A stretch of 64,000 nucleotides of DNA from Nitrospirota bacterium (GTDB lineage Bacteria; Nitrospirota; Nitrospiria; Nitrospirales; NS-4). The stretch is from positions 13,724 through 77,723 of the forward strand of contig CAWBGA010000014.1 of the NCBI GenBank assembly GCA_963788195.1, read 5' to 3'. Shown piece by piece: positions 40,143-51,313 of the stretch. Below the pieces are notes generated by a model, which worked only from the letters and a program-made list of their open reading frames with translations, did no database searches and was not told the DNA's origin. A program made the position numbers and the translations under genes. How positions within the stretch are numbered: position 1 is the stretch's first letter; each line of letters begins with the position of its first letter.

Positions 40143-40387
40143 CAGCGGTCCGCGAAGACGATCCGTTCCACCTCTCTTTCAGTAAAAACGCCTTTCTTGC
40201 GCGCTCTCCTGGCCATTTTTTTTTGCACCAGGAAGAACTCTTCTTCTTCAAGCTTCGCCTTATACGTCTCCACCATTCGGCGAAACAGTTCACTCTTGCT
40301 TGTTTTCGCGCGAGCGGTTAGTTGCTCATACTCGATAGCGAGTGCTGGACTAATTGAAAACCCTACGACCTTCGTCGAGCGACTCAT
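40142..40387 (-). CDS. RHH/CopG-family antitoxin
   Basis: VVGFSISP...SKSELFRRM; stop/start overlap with the PIN gene. Confidence 0.85.
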   Translation of the reverse strand: MSRSTKVVGFSISPALAIEYEQLTARAKTSKSELFRRMVETYKAKLEEEEFFLVQKKMARRARKKGVFTEREVERIVFADR

Positions 40388-40505
40388 ACTGTATGCCTCG
40401 CTGGTTTAACTCCGTTAAACTTAACATCCAGACTCTCGAGATACAATGCGCTCGGAGGGATTATCTCTGGGGGTTGAGAAGAATCGAGCAGAGTTACAGG
40501 AACTG

Positions 40506-41642
40506 TTACGAGACGTCGAGCATGCGCTGCAGCGCGATGCGGGCCCAGTGCTTCTCATCCTCGGGCACTGAGATCTGATTCACGACGCGGCCCTCGACGA
40601 GGTTCTCCATCGCCCAGCACAGATGCGGCGCGTCGATTCTGAACATTGTGGAGCACTGGCAGACGGTCGGCGAGAGGAAGAAAATTTTCTTATCGGGCTG
40701 GCGCTGCTTCAAGCGATTCACGAGATTAAGTTCCGTCCCGACGCCCCAGACAGAGCCAGGCTCAGCGGCTGAGACGGTCCGGATGATGAATTCCGTGGAA
40801 CCGGACAGATCGGCCTGATTCACGACATCTTCATGGCATTCGGGATGGACGATGATCTTGATGCCGGGATGCTTCTCTTTAAAGTAGCGGACGTGCGCCG
40901 GCTGAAACATCTGGTGCACGCTGCAGAAGCCCTTCCACAACAACAACCTGGCCTTCTTGACCGCCTCTACAGTATGCCCGCCGTTTGGAAGGAAGGGATC
41001 CCAGACAAGGAGATCTTCTTTCGGAATGCCCATCTTATTTGCTGTATTACGGCCGAGATGTTCATCGGGGAAGAACAATATCTTCTCACGACGCTTCCAG
41101 GCCCATTCGATGACACGCTGGGCGTTTGAGGAGGTGCACGTGATGCCGCCGTGCTCGCCGCAAAAAGCTTTCAGTACCGCTGCGGAATTTACGTAGACGA
41201 CCGGAGTGACGGCTTGCTCCACAGGCAGGATGCGGCCGAGCTGATCCCATGCCTCGTCCACCTGCTCGATCCGCGCCATGTCGGCCATGGAACAGCCGGC
41301 CGCGAGATCGGGCAAAATGACCGTCTGGCCGGTCTTACTTAAAATATCGGCGGTCTCGGCCATGAAATGAACGCCGCAAAATACGATGTATTCGTGAGAA
41401 GAGCGCTCCGCCGCTATCTGGGAGAGCTTGAGGGAATCGCCTTCGATGTCGGCATGGCGGATTACTTCGTCGCGCTGGTAGTTGTGTCCCAGCACAATGA
41501 CCCGATCGCCAAGGGCCCGCTTTGCAAGGGCCGTACGCTCAGCCAACTCGTCGAGCGGCACATCCCGATAGGCTTGAATCTCGCCCGACGGGTGGATTTC
41601 CTGTGGCAGACTGGGGTTTAGGAGTGAAAGCGCGGCACTCAT
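40506..41642 (-). CDS. nadA: Quinolinate synthase
   Basis: GHNYQRDEV, FCGVHFMAE, AGCSMADMA, CTSSNA, VHPEC. Confidence 0.95.
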   Translation of the reverse strand: MSAALSLLNPSLPQEIHPSGEIQAYRDVPLDELAERTALAKRALGDRVIVLGHNYQRDEVIRHADIEGDSLKLSQIAAERSSHEYIVFCGVHFMAETADILSKTGQTVILPDLAAGCSMADMARIEQVDEAWDQLGRILPVEQAVTPVVYVNSAAVLKAFCGEHGGITCTSSNAQRVIEWAWKRREKILFFPDEHLGRNTANKMGIPKEDLLVWDPFLPNGGHTVEAVKKARLLLWKGFCSVHQMFQPAHVRYFKEKHPGIKIIVHPECHEDVVNQADLSGSTEFIIRTVSAAEPGSVWGVGTELNLVNRLKQRQPDKKIFFLSPTVCQCSTMFRIDAPHLCWAMENLVEGRVVNQISVPEDEKHWARIALQRMLDVS

Positions 41643-41789
41643 GGCGTGCTGGTCATCTCCATATTGTGGGAACTTGGGAAAGTAATAAAGCTTACGGGGG
41701 CTTGAGGGTCTTGTCAATCGGCCTTAAGACCTACTCCTCGCGACGTTGATCTCAAATGGCCTACCTTCGGGCTTGACCCTAGATCGCAG

Positions 41790-41818
41790 TTGACAGCATG
41801 AAAAACCCGAGGTAGTAT
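41790..41818 (+). promoter_or_regulatory. sigma70 promoter of the thiC leader
   Basis: TTGACA-17 nt-TAGTAT just upstream of the TPP aptamer. Confidence 0.75.
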
Positions 41819-41827
41819 GCGTGCTTA

Positions 41828-41920
41828 CTGCTAGGGGAGCCTAAGTGGCTGAGAGCGTAGCCGAGGCATGCTACGCACCCTCTGAACCTGATCTGGATAA
41901 TCCCAGCGAAGGGAAGCGAT
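41828..41920 (+). promoter_or_regulatory. TPP riboswitch
   Basis: GGGGAGC...CTGAGA...ACCC TCTGAACCTGATCTGGATAATCCCAGCGAAGGGAA; upstream of thiC. Confidence 0.95.
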
Positions 41921-42004
41921 GCATTCAGCGGCGCTCTACTCCCCCCTTCTCTCCCCTGGAAACTATCCACAAGGAGCTACTTGATCTTTTAGATCCGGTG
42001 CCTG

Positions 42005-42078
42005 TGGGGTCAGAGTCGATTTATCCGGCTGGCAAACGACTGAACTGAGTAAAAACGAATAAATCGACTCTGACCCCA
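42005..42078. mobile_element. 74-bp MITE/REP-like element with perfect 20-bp inverted repeats
   Basis: TGGGGTCAGAGTCGATTTAT ... ATAAATCGACTCTGACCCCA. Confidence 0.85.
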
Positions 42079-42099
42079 GGATAGAAAGGAAGAGAATTC

Positions 42100-43988
<1,889 letters not shown>

Positions 43989-43999
43989 TAAATTGGGGA

Positions 44000-44144
44000 T
44001 GTCGGGCTGAGTCCTTAGCTGTCATCCTGAACAAAGTGAAGGATCTCAATTCGCTCAGGATAAACTCCGCGAAGAATCTAAAGGACTCATGAAATTTATC
44101 CTGAGCTACAAAACCTAGATCCTTCGCGGGAGCTCAGGATGACA
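44000..44144. repeat. REP-like nested palindromic cluster (TGTCATCCTGA family)
   Basis: Reverse-complement match to 24642-24725 and to the cluster at 19958-20126. Confidence 0.8.
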
Positions 44145-44158
44145 ATAAAAAGGTAAAC

Positions 44159-44959
44159 ATGGCAAACAAGTGGACAGCTCCCCTGCGGGAACGAGACATC
44201 ACGCGGCAGATCGCGCGCGCGTTTTATCAGGAATTCGATAGCCTCATCGAGAGCGACGTCATCGTCGTCGGCGCCGGCCCCTCTGGGTTGCTCTGCGCCC
44301 GTGATCTCGCGACAGCAGGATACAAGACCTTGTTGATCGATCAGACCCTGTTTCTCGGGGGCGGATTCTGGTCCGGCGGTTACCTGATGAATAAGGCGAC
44401 GATCTGCGCGCCCGCCGACAAGATTCTCGAAGAATTCGCAATTCCGTCAAAGCGGATCAACGAATGCGAGGGCATGTTCATTGTAGATCCGCCGCACGCG
44501 ACGGCGAAACTGATCGCTGCGGCTTACGATGCCGGCGTAAAAGTGCTGAACCTGACCAAAGTCATCGACCTGATTCTGCGCCGTGACAATGTTCTCGAAG
44601 GCGTCGTTGTCAACTGGTCGCCCGTGGAGAACGCAGGACATGACGCCGTCCATGTCGATCCCATCGCGCTCGAATCAAAAGTGGTGGTGGATGCGACCGG
44701 ACATGACGCTGCAATTGTCGCTCTCCTCAACCGTCGTGGCCTGGTCAAGGCCGTGCCCGGCAACGGGGCGATGTGGGTAGAGCGCTCCGAAGAACTCGTC
44801 GTGGAGAATACACGCGAAATCTATCCCAACTGCTTCCTTGCGGGCCTCTCGGTCTCCGCTGTGGACGCCTCGCCGCGAATGGGGCCGGCATTCGGAGCGA
44901 TGCTCCTATCGGGTCGCCGAGCCGCGGGGTTGATTAAAAAGAAGTTGAAGCAGGAATAG
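44159..44959 (+). CDS. thi4: Thi4-type thiazole synthase
   Basis: VVGAGPSGL, GGGFWSGG, HVDP, DATGHDA, PRMGPAFGAMLLSG. Confidence 0.92.
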   Translation: MANKWTAPLRERDITRQIARAFYQEFDSLIESDVIVVGAGPSGLLCARDLATAGYKTLLIDQTLFLGGGFWSGGYLMNKATICAPADKILEEFAIPSKRINECEGMFIVDPPHATAKLIAAAYDAGVKVLNLTKVIDLILRRDNVLEGVVVNWSPVENAGHDAVHVDPIALESKVVVDATGHDAAIVALLNRRGLVKAVPGNGAMWVERSEELVVENTREIYPNCFLAGLSVSAVDASPRMGPAFGAMLLSGRRAAGLIKKKLKQE

Positions 44960-44968
44960 GAGCCGGCG

Positions 44969-45343
44969 GTGGAGAATAAGAGGATCCTGGTGGCCGTCAA
45001 CGATATCTTTTTCTATACAAAGCTGCGTGACGCTTGCAAGCCGCACGGTTACACCTTAGAAAAGGCGCGATCGCAGGAAGACGTAACCGAAAAGGCACAG
45101 GCGCTGAACCCGGCCGCCATCGTGATCAACATCAATGACGAGTCCCTCGACGCGTTCAAGGCGATCGAGGCCTTGAAACATCATGACGGATCCAAGTCCA
45201 TTCCTCTGCTCGCCTTTGCCAACCATGATGACGTGGAAAGCTGGCGGCGCGCGCAGAAGCTCGGCGTGACCAAAATCGTGTCTCGAAATGAATTTTCTTC
45301 TAGGACGCTTGCCCTCCTCCAGGAAGTGATCACCACTCCATGA
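44969..45343 (+). CDS. Single-domain receiver-like protein (atypical)
   Basis: CheY-like pattern; Asn at the expected phospho-Asp position (IVININD). Confidence 0.65.
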   Translation: MENKRILVAVNDIFFYTKLRDACKPHGYTLEKARSQEDVTEKAQALNPAAIVININDESLDAFKAIEALKHHDGSKSIPLLAFANHDDVESWRRAQKLGVTKIVSRNEFSSRTLALLQEVITTP

Positions 45344-46446
45344 AAAAGTCCCCGCTACATCAAGACCACGCCGACCACGGAGCAACATTCATTGAGCAGT
45401 CGGGATGGCAGATCCCGGCACATTACGGTGATGCGTCCAGGGAATACTCCGCCGTGCGTAAGAACGTCGGGATCATGGACCTGTCCGGCCGGGGAAAGAT
45501 CCGCGTGACCGGGGAGGACCGAGTGAAGTGGCTTCAGAGTATCATCAGCAACGACATTCTGCCCCTCGCGCCCGGACAGGGCATCCACTCCACCCTACTG
45601 ACCCATAAGGGAAAAATCCTCGCGTATTTTCGCGTCTATCAGTTAGGCGATGCCCTCATGGTGGAAGACGTTGGGAATCGGGAAGATACGACCTTCGCCA
45701 CGCTCCGGAAATTCCTGCTCTACGGCACCAAGGCAACGATGGAGAACTGCGGCGAGACGTGGGGCGCACTCCTGATCAGTGGGCCAAAGGCCTTTGATGT
45801 GATCCGCTCCGCATTCGGCACAGACCTCTCTTCGTTGACAATGCTGTCGTTCGAGAGGCTCGAGATCGACGGATCTCCGGCGCTGCTCATTCGGAGCGAG
45901 GAGACGGGTGAGACAGACATCGAAATTCTTCTTCCGTCACAGGGGCTCCAGGCCGCCTGGGAACGGTTATGGACAGCGGGTGAAGCCATCGGGCTACAAC
46001 GATTCGGTGCGGAGACGCTTGAGGTTCTCCGTGTCGAAGCCGGTCTTCCCAAGATGGGTCAAGATCTGAGCGAAGAGATCGTCCCGCCCGAGGCGAACCT
46101 CGAAGGCAAGTCGTTTAGCCTCAGCAAAGGCTGCTATCCCGGCCAGGAAGTCGTCGCCCGCATGGACACGTATGGCTCAGTCCGCCGCCGGCTCGTGGGC
46201 CTCACTCTCGCTGAGGCAATTGTTCCGTCCTCAGGAGCCAAACTCTACAGCGGGGACAGAGAAGTCGGTTGGGTCTCCAGCGCAGTCCTCTCGCCGACAC
46301 TCGGCAAGGTTATTGCGTTGGGTTTTCCTCTTCGCGACTTCACTAAACCGGGGACGGAGATCGCTCTCGATGCCGAAGGTAGACGTATAGTGGCTACCGT
46401 CCACGAGCTCCCCTTCATCCACGCCTCGGCCTCGTCTCCACATTAA
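45340..46446 (+). CDS. YgfZ/GcvT-like folate-binding protein
   Basis: KGCYPGQE motif; GcvT-like N-terminus. Confidence 0.9.
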   Translation: MKKSPLHQDHADHGATFIEQSGWQIPAHYGDASREYSAVRKNVGIMDLSGRGKIRVTGEDRVKWLQSIISNDILPLAPGQGIHSTLLTHKGKILAYFRVYQLGDALMVEDVGNREDTTFATLRKFLLYGTKATMENCGETWGALLISGPKAFDVIRSAFGTDLSSLTMLSFERLEIDGSPALLIRSEETGETDIEILLPSQGLQAAWERLWTAGEAIGLQRFGAETLEVLRVEAGLPKMGQDLSEEIVPPEANLEGKSFSLSKGCYPGQEVVARMDTYGSVRRRLVGLTLAEAIVPSSGAKLYSGDREVGWVSSAVLSPTLGKVIALGFPLRDFTKPGTEIALDAEGRRIVATVHELPFIHASASSPH

Positions 46447-46474
46447 GTCCTTGCGAACAGCTTAGATTGAATTA

Positions 46475-46822
46475 ATGGACGACATAGCCCACCAACGAGG
46501 CCTGCTCATTGAGCGGGAGCTCAATCGCATAATGGAGATCCTGATCCGCGACTACGAACCGGAAAAGCTCATCGTGTTCGGTTCCGCAGCGCAGGGTGAG
46601 TTTCATGCCTGGAGCGACTTGGACCTCGTGGTGATTAAAAAAACTTCGAAACCGCTATTGGAACGCATCGAGGAGGTTCTGCGGCTTGTCAGGCCGAGAG
46701 TCGGCCTGGATGTGCTGGTCTACACCCCCGAGGAAATGGAGGCGCTGGTGGATGAACGGCGGAGTTTTGTGCTGGACGAGATCATTTACAAGGGAGCCGT
46801 AGCTTATGAACGCCGGAAATAG
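46475..46822 (+). CDS. Minimal nucleotidyltransferase (MNT)
   Basis: FGSAAQG...SDLDL, DVLVYTPEE. Confidence 0.9.
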   Translation: MDDIAHQRGLLIERELNRIMEILIRDYEPEKLIVFGSAAQGEFHAWSDLDLVVIKKTSKPLLERIEEVLRLVRPRVGLDVLVYTPEEMEALVDERRSFVLDEIIYKGAVAYERRK

Positions 46823-47189
46823 GTGGGCAACCTTTGCGCTCGAGAGTCTACATATGGCGGAAGCCGCCCAAAAACTTGGCCTCTGGAATCAGGTGTGCCT
46901 CCAGTCCCAACAAGCGGCGGCTAAGTCTTTTAAGGCATTTCTCTCCGAGCGCCACCGGCCGATCCCACAAGTACAGCATCTGTCGGAACTACTGGCGATC
47001 TGCGTTGAAGCGAATCCCCAACTTGCGGATTTGGAAGACGCATGTTATGCGCTTGAAAAGTACCTCATCCCGTTAACCTATCCCGATGCGGTTCCTTCCG
47101 ACCAAATAAACAGCCTGCCGTCTGAGAAAGATGCTTCTGCGGCATTGGCGACCCTGGCGGAAGTGCGCGAAGCTTTGCAATTAATCTAA
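46806..47189 (+). CDS. HEPN-domain protein
   Basis: W...QQAAAKSFKA...HLSELL...YPD; overlaps the MNT gene. Confidence 0.85.
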   Translation: MNAGNRWATFALESLHMAEAAQKLGLWNQVCLQSQQAAAKSFKAFLSERHRPIPQVQHLSELLAICVEANPQLADLEDACYALEKYLIPLTYPDAVPSDQINSLPSEKDASAALATLAEVREALQLI

Positions 47190-47192
47190 GCT

Positions 47193-49310
47193 TCACGAAA
47201 ACTTCCACCGCAGAGTCGCCAGCGCTGAAAGGGGATACCCAGGAAGCGCGCCGCCGTTCACGCCGTTCCTGAACCAATCTCTGTCGCCGATGTTGTACAC
47301 GTTGACTTGGACATCGTACTTTTTTTGCCGATAAAAGAAGACCAGGTCACCCAGGATGTAGTCTGGAACCTTTTGTCTGTTAGCCATATCGATGAAGAAA
47401 CCGGCCTGATACGTCACCCCCCCGCCGACTCCAAACCCTTTCACCGCACCTTCCTGAAATTCATAGGACGTGAAGAGCGAGGCGTTGGTGCGCGGCACAC
47501 CAATTACGGTGTGATCCTGGAAGGCAGTATTGGGCGCCAGAAGGGTGACATATTTCGCCTGTTGCCATGAGTAGGTAGCAATGGTGGACCATCCTCGTAC
47601 AGGTTGCGCCGTGAGATCGAGCTCGACTCCCCTAGTACGCTGCTTACCCACGGGAATGGGATCGGGCTGGCCGAGGATGGTCTGCAAAAAGTTCTCGCGG
47701 GTGACTTCATACACCGCCAGATTCGTGGCTAATTTTCCGTCCCAAAAGAAAGAGCGATTGCCCAGCTCGTATTGGAGCGCGGATTCCGGGGCAAACGCGG
47801 TCCGATTTGATTCGGTGGTCAGAATGGCCCGGTGACTTTTAGCGATTCCTCCGTAGAAGGAAGTCATCTTCGAAGGTGAATAGACGAGGCCGGCCTCACC
47901 GCTCAAGCGATCGGCCGAATTTGACTCATTGGTGGCCGACTGACCGGCCAACTTCTGGCCGTCATCGGCAACGTCAAAGTGGTCGTACCGCCCGGCGAGA
48001 CGCACCTGCCATTGCTCGTTGAACTTGACTTGATCCTGGAGATACAGCCCATATTGATTCGCTTCGATGGATCGATCGAAATTCTTGACGAACGGCAGTC
48101 CGGGCAGCGCCATTTCTGGAAAGATGGGGTTACGAATATCGGCGATGTTCGGCAACGCCGCGGTTCGGCGAACGGTGCTGATACGGTCTTGGTGGAATTC
48201 GAACCCTGACAGGACGGTATGCTGGATACCCGCGGCCACGAATGTCCAGACCGGTTCCACTTGGTAGAGGATTTCATTGTGACGATCTGTTTGGTCACGT
48301 AGATTTCTTGCTGTCAAACTATTTCCGACGACGAGGGGCGCTTGTTCACGCAGCAGATGTAAGCCGTGATTCATATAGACAAAGTTTTGCCTGATGGTAA
48401 GCACGTTGCTGACTTCCCAGGCGTGCGCAATGAGTCCCCGATAAATCTGCGTATTCGTCGTTGAAAGGGGGGAGTACAGTTTCGTTGATGCCGGCACGGA
48501 CACGAGACCGGTGCCATTGAATGGGATTCCAACCGGATCTGCGACAACGATAAGTTCGCGGTAATCGAAATCAAACCGGAGCGTATGCTTTGAGTTTGCT
48601 TTCCATAACAGACGAGGCAACACTTCTACTGTCTGATTACTAATGTCCCGAAAGCCTCGCGAATTGTAGTAGTTGCCGATCAACCGATACGCTAACTTAT
48701 CTTCTACAAGCGACCCCGTTGCATCGCCCTGCCCATAGTAGGTGTCAAAACTGCCGATGCCCGTCCTCAGTTCGTACGCCGGCCCCATCTGTGGCTTCTT
48801 GGTAATCAGATTGATGCTCCCGCCCGGATCGCCGCTGCCATAGAGCGCTGAGCCTGGTCCTTTGAGGACTTCAATTTGCTCCACGTCGGTCAGAGTCCGC
48901 GCATATCCGTTGATGGTAAATCCATCGGGAATGCCGTCACGGAGAAAGTTCAGATTCAGTCCGCGTGACAGATAGTTGTTGAAGAAACCGTAATTGCTTG
49001 AACTGCTCCGAGTCAGGCCGCTGACATTTCGAATCGCATCATCGAGGACAACGGCTCCCTGGTCTCGTATCAGTGGTTGGGGAATGACCTGTATCGAGCG
49101 CGGCACTTCACGCAGCGGCGTTTCAGTCTTAGTCCCCGTAGTTGATTCCTCCACCCGGTACCCTTCTTCTTGCGGTGCGATCACGCGAATTTCCTCGATC
49201 TTCACAGGTTTCTCTTGGGTTTGCGCGAGGGCGAGAGAAGTGCCAAGCGCCATACTCATGAGCGCAATAAAACAAACACACTTTCGAGGACCGGTATATT
49301 TACTTATCAT
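47193..49310 (-). CDS. TonB-dependent siderophore-type receptor
   Basis: TGTKTETPLREVPRSIQVI, IEVLKGPGSALYG, C-terminal aromatic beta-strand. Confidence 0.93.
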   Translation of the reverse strand: MISKYTGPRKCVCFIALMSMALGTSLALAQTQEKPVKIEEIRVIAPQEEGYRVEESTTGTKTETPLREVPRSIQVIPQPLIRDQGAVVLDDAIRNVSGLTRSSSSNYGFFNNYLSRGLNLNFLRDGIPDGFTINGYARTLTDVEQIEVLKGPGSALYGSGDPGGSINLITKKPQMGPAYELRTGIGSFDTYYGQGDATGSLVEDKLAYRLIGNYYNSRGFRDISNQTVEVLPRLLWKANSKHTLRFDFDYRELIVVADPVGIPFNGTGLVSVPASTKLYSPLSTTNTQIYRGLIAHAWEVSNVLTIRQNFVYMNHGLHLLREQAPLVVGNSLTARNLRDQTDRHNEILYQVEPVWTFVAAGIQHTVLSGFEFHQDRISTVRRTAALPNIADIRNPIFPEMALPGLPFVKNFDRSIEANQYGLYLQDQVKFNEQWQVRLAGRYDHFDVADDGQKLAGQSATNESNSADRLSGEAGLVYSPSKMTSFYGGIAKSHRAILTTESNRTAFAPESALQYELGNRSFFWDGKLATNLAVYEVTRENFLQTILGQPDPIPVGKQRTRGVELDLTAQPVRGWSTIATYSWQQAKYVTLLAPNTAFQDHTVIGVPRTNASLFTSYEFQEGAVKGFGVGGGVTYQAGFFIDMANRQKVPDYILGDLVFFYRQKKYDVQVNVYNIGDRDWFRNGVNGGALPGYPLSALATLRWKFS

Positions 49311-49424
49311 AATGTTGTCGATGGCTCCTTTCCCTAACTCTTTAGTTTAAATTGAAAGCTAACGTGATCCTGAAATCCATGGGAGAACTCCTCCGCTGTT
49401 TTCGACGTTGAACCGGCTTCGCCG

Positions 49425-50213
49425 TTAGGAATCAGAAAAGGAATTCTTTTTCCGGAGAGGAGCGAAGTGAGATTGAAGTACTGTTCGACGAGCTTTTCTC
49501 CCCCTGACAAAGTATCGGGTCCACAACAGCAGCCCGGAAAGACCCATGATGAGCAGAGGGATTCCGGTAAAGTTCAACAGTGTTTTGTCAAAACCGAAGA
49601 AATTCAGCTGGTGAAGTTGCATGACGAGAAAGTGCAACTTTCGCCAGCGTCCTTCGTCTTCGATAATTTCGCCTGTCTGACGGTCCAAAATGATCTGAGT
49701 GCGATCCGCATCATCGAACTTCACGCGAACAGCGTCCTGGGGGGCGCGTTTGTTTCGCGGAATATATTGCTCAAATTGCACCTCCTTGGCGGGTGCGAGC
49801 GAGGGCACGTACTGTTCGGCAATCGTTTTGGCTACCGCTTCCGACAGCGGCGACAATCTCTCACCGGTTTGGGCATCCAGAATCAGAGACTGGACTTTCC
49901 CTTTGATACGCGTTTTGATTTCATAGACAAGGCGACCGAAGTCAGCCCGTAGGACGACTCGTTCTGCAGTCATGTTGTCGCCGAATGTCTTTCTCGCCTC
50001 TGTGAACACTGTACTTAACGGAATGCTCGTCGCCTCCAATGGCGGTGCGGGGATCGATCGTACCTGTTCCTTGTACCGCTCCGGCCAATAGAGAGATTTG
50101 GAGTTTGCCCAGAGGAGCCCTGTCACGACAGAAAGAAAAAGAAAGCCCATCGTTGCAACTGCCAGCCACCGGTGCAGACCTCTGGTCCATCGCTCATCCA
50201 TCCAGCGTGCCAT
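49425..50213 (-). CDS. PepSY-associated TM-helix protein
   Basis: LHRWL, two PepSY-like repeats (ILDAQTGE, ILDRQTGE), QLH motif. Confidence 0.85.
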   Translation of the reverse strand: MARWMDERWTRGLHRWLAVATMGFLFLSVVTGLLWANSKSLYWPERYKEQVRSIPAPPLEATSIPLSTVFTEARKTFGDNMTAERVVLRADFGRLVYEIKTRIKGKVQSLILDAQTGERLSPLSEAVAKTIAEQYVPSLAPAKEVQFEQYIPRNKRAPQDAVRVKFDDADRTQIILDRQTGEIIEDEGRWRKLHFLVMQLHQLNFFGFDKTLLNFTGIPLLIMGLSGLLLWTRYFVRGRKARRTVLQSHFAPLRKKNSFSDS

Positions 50214-50214
50214 C

Positions 50215-51027
50215 TTATTTCTCCGTGACCTTTCGTTCGCCGCCCACGTCAAGCGTCAGACTCGTCCGATACCGAACAGCGTGATAGGGTTTTCCTTTGA
50301 ACTCTCCCGCTGTCTTTTCAAGGTGAACCAGCTCAAACACGTAACGACCAGGCCAGAGCGGTAGAAAAGAGGCGATGCCTTGAGAGTCGGTCTTTATTTC
50401 CTTGCTCCACCCCAAGGGAGAGTGGACCATAAATGACTTGGATGGGAGAGGATTGCCTTGATAAATCGCTTTCACGGCCACCTCCGTGCCAAGCCCGGTC
50501 GTGATCTCGCCCTTCGCCAAGTTGATCCCTCTGTTCAAGGGAAGAATGTCGAGCGGAGCAGTTTGGGCGGTCTCCTTTTCCCGTTCGCTGATCCCACCGC
50601 CGTCCGCGCATGCAAACTGAGCGCGCGCATGATAGAAAGGTTTGACCAATCCCAGGTCTTGTTTGGTGAGATCTTGAACTTCAATCTCGGTATGTTCGGC
50701 CAGCACTTGGTAACGGCCGGGCGGGCACGGGCGACTGGGGACCCCAACGAATCGGTTGCCTTGTTTTTCCAGCGAAAGCGATAGCCGGTCACCTTTCGGA
50801 TCAATCACCCAGGCTTTGGCCCCGTCCATTTTGTCGAGCCGCCCTCCGGCCTCTTCGCGTAGAGATTCCTGGTATTCTCCAAAATAGAGAGACACGACCG
50901 GCTCGTGGTCCCGACTCATCTCAAAGGGTGCCTCGATCCAAATAAAATGAGCCATCGCGTCCTGTGCCCAATACATCGTCGTGAGGAACAACGCCAATCC
51001 AAGCACCGTCTTTTGCGTCATAGTCAT
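50215..51027 (-). CDS. DUF4198-family periplasmic protein
   Basis: AMA-HFIWIE, YFGE, KTDSQG, PGRYV. Confidence 0.85.
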   Translation of the reverse strand: MTMTQKTVLGLALFLTTMYWAQDAMAHFIWIEAPFEMSRDHEPVVSLYFGEYQESLREEAGGRLDKMDGAKAWVIDPKGDRLSLSLEKQGNRFVGVPSRPCPPGRYQVLAEHTEIEVQDLTKQDLGLVKPFYHARAQFACADGGGISEREKETAQTAPLDILPLNRGINLAKGEITTGLGTEVAVKAIYQGNPLPSKSFMVHSPLGWSKEIKTDSQGIASFLPLWPGRYVFELVHLEKTAGEFKGKPYHAVRYRTSLTLDVGGERKVTEK

Positions 51028-51079
51028 ATGATCAATCCCCCCAATGTGTTGTGCACTGTCTCCAGAGACTATTCAGTTT

Positions 51080-51116
51080 AAAAAAAAGAGCCCAAGGCAG
51101 ATTTGCCTTGGGCTCT
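51080..51116 (-). terminator. Intrinsic terminator in the leader of the DUF4198-PepSY-TonB operon
   Basis: 13-bp perfect stem AGAGCCCAAGGCA/TGCCTTGGGCTCT followed by a T-run on the minus strand. Confidence 0.85.
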
Positions 51117-51150
51117 GGGGTTTACCCTCTGGCCTTAATGTTATTAACTC

Positions 51151-51194
51151 TGACTTTCATTCTCAAAATAATATGATGCGATGCTCCTTGTCAA
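51151..51194 (-). promoter_or_regulatory. sigma70 promoter with adjacent Fur-box-like site
   Basis: TTGACA-18 nt-TATTTT, then TGAGAAT-G-AAAGTCA (7-1-7 Fur-like), upstream of an iron-uptake-type operon. Confidence 0.5.
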
Positions 51195-51313
51195 GAAGTT
51201 TATCGCTCTACAAAAACTCGACGTTTTACGGCTTTCTGAAGATCGCTATCGCGAACCGGAAGCACCTGACAGTGAGGGTTACTGCGTCAGGCAGGCTGGG
51301 GTGGCATTGAGAC

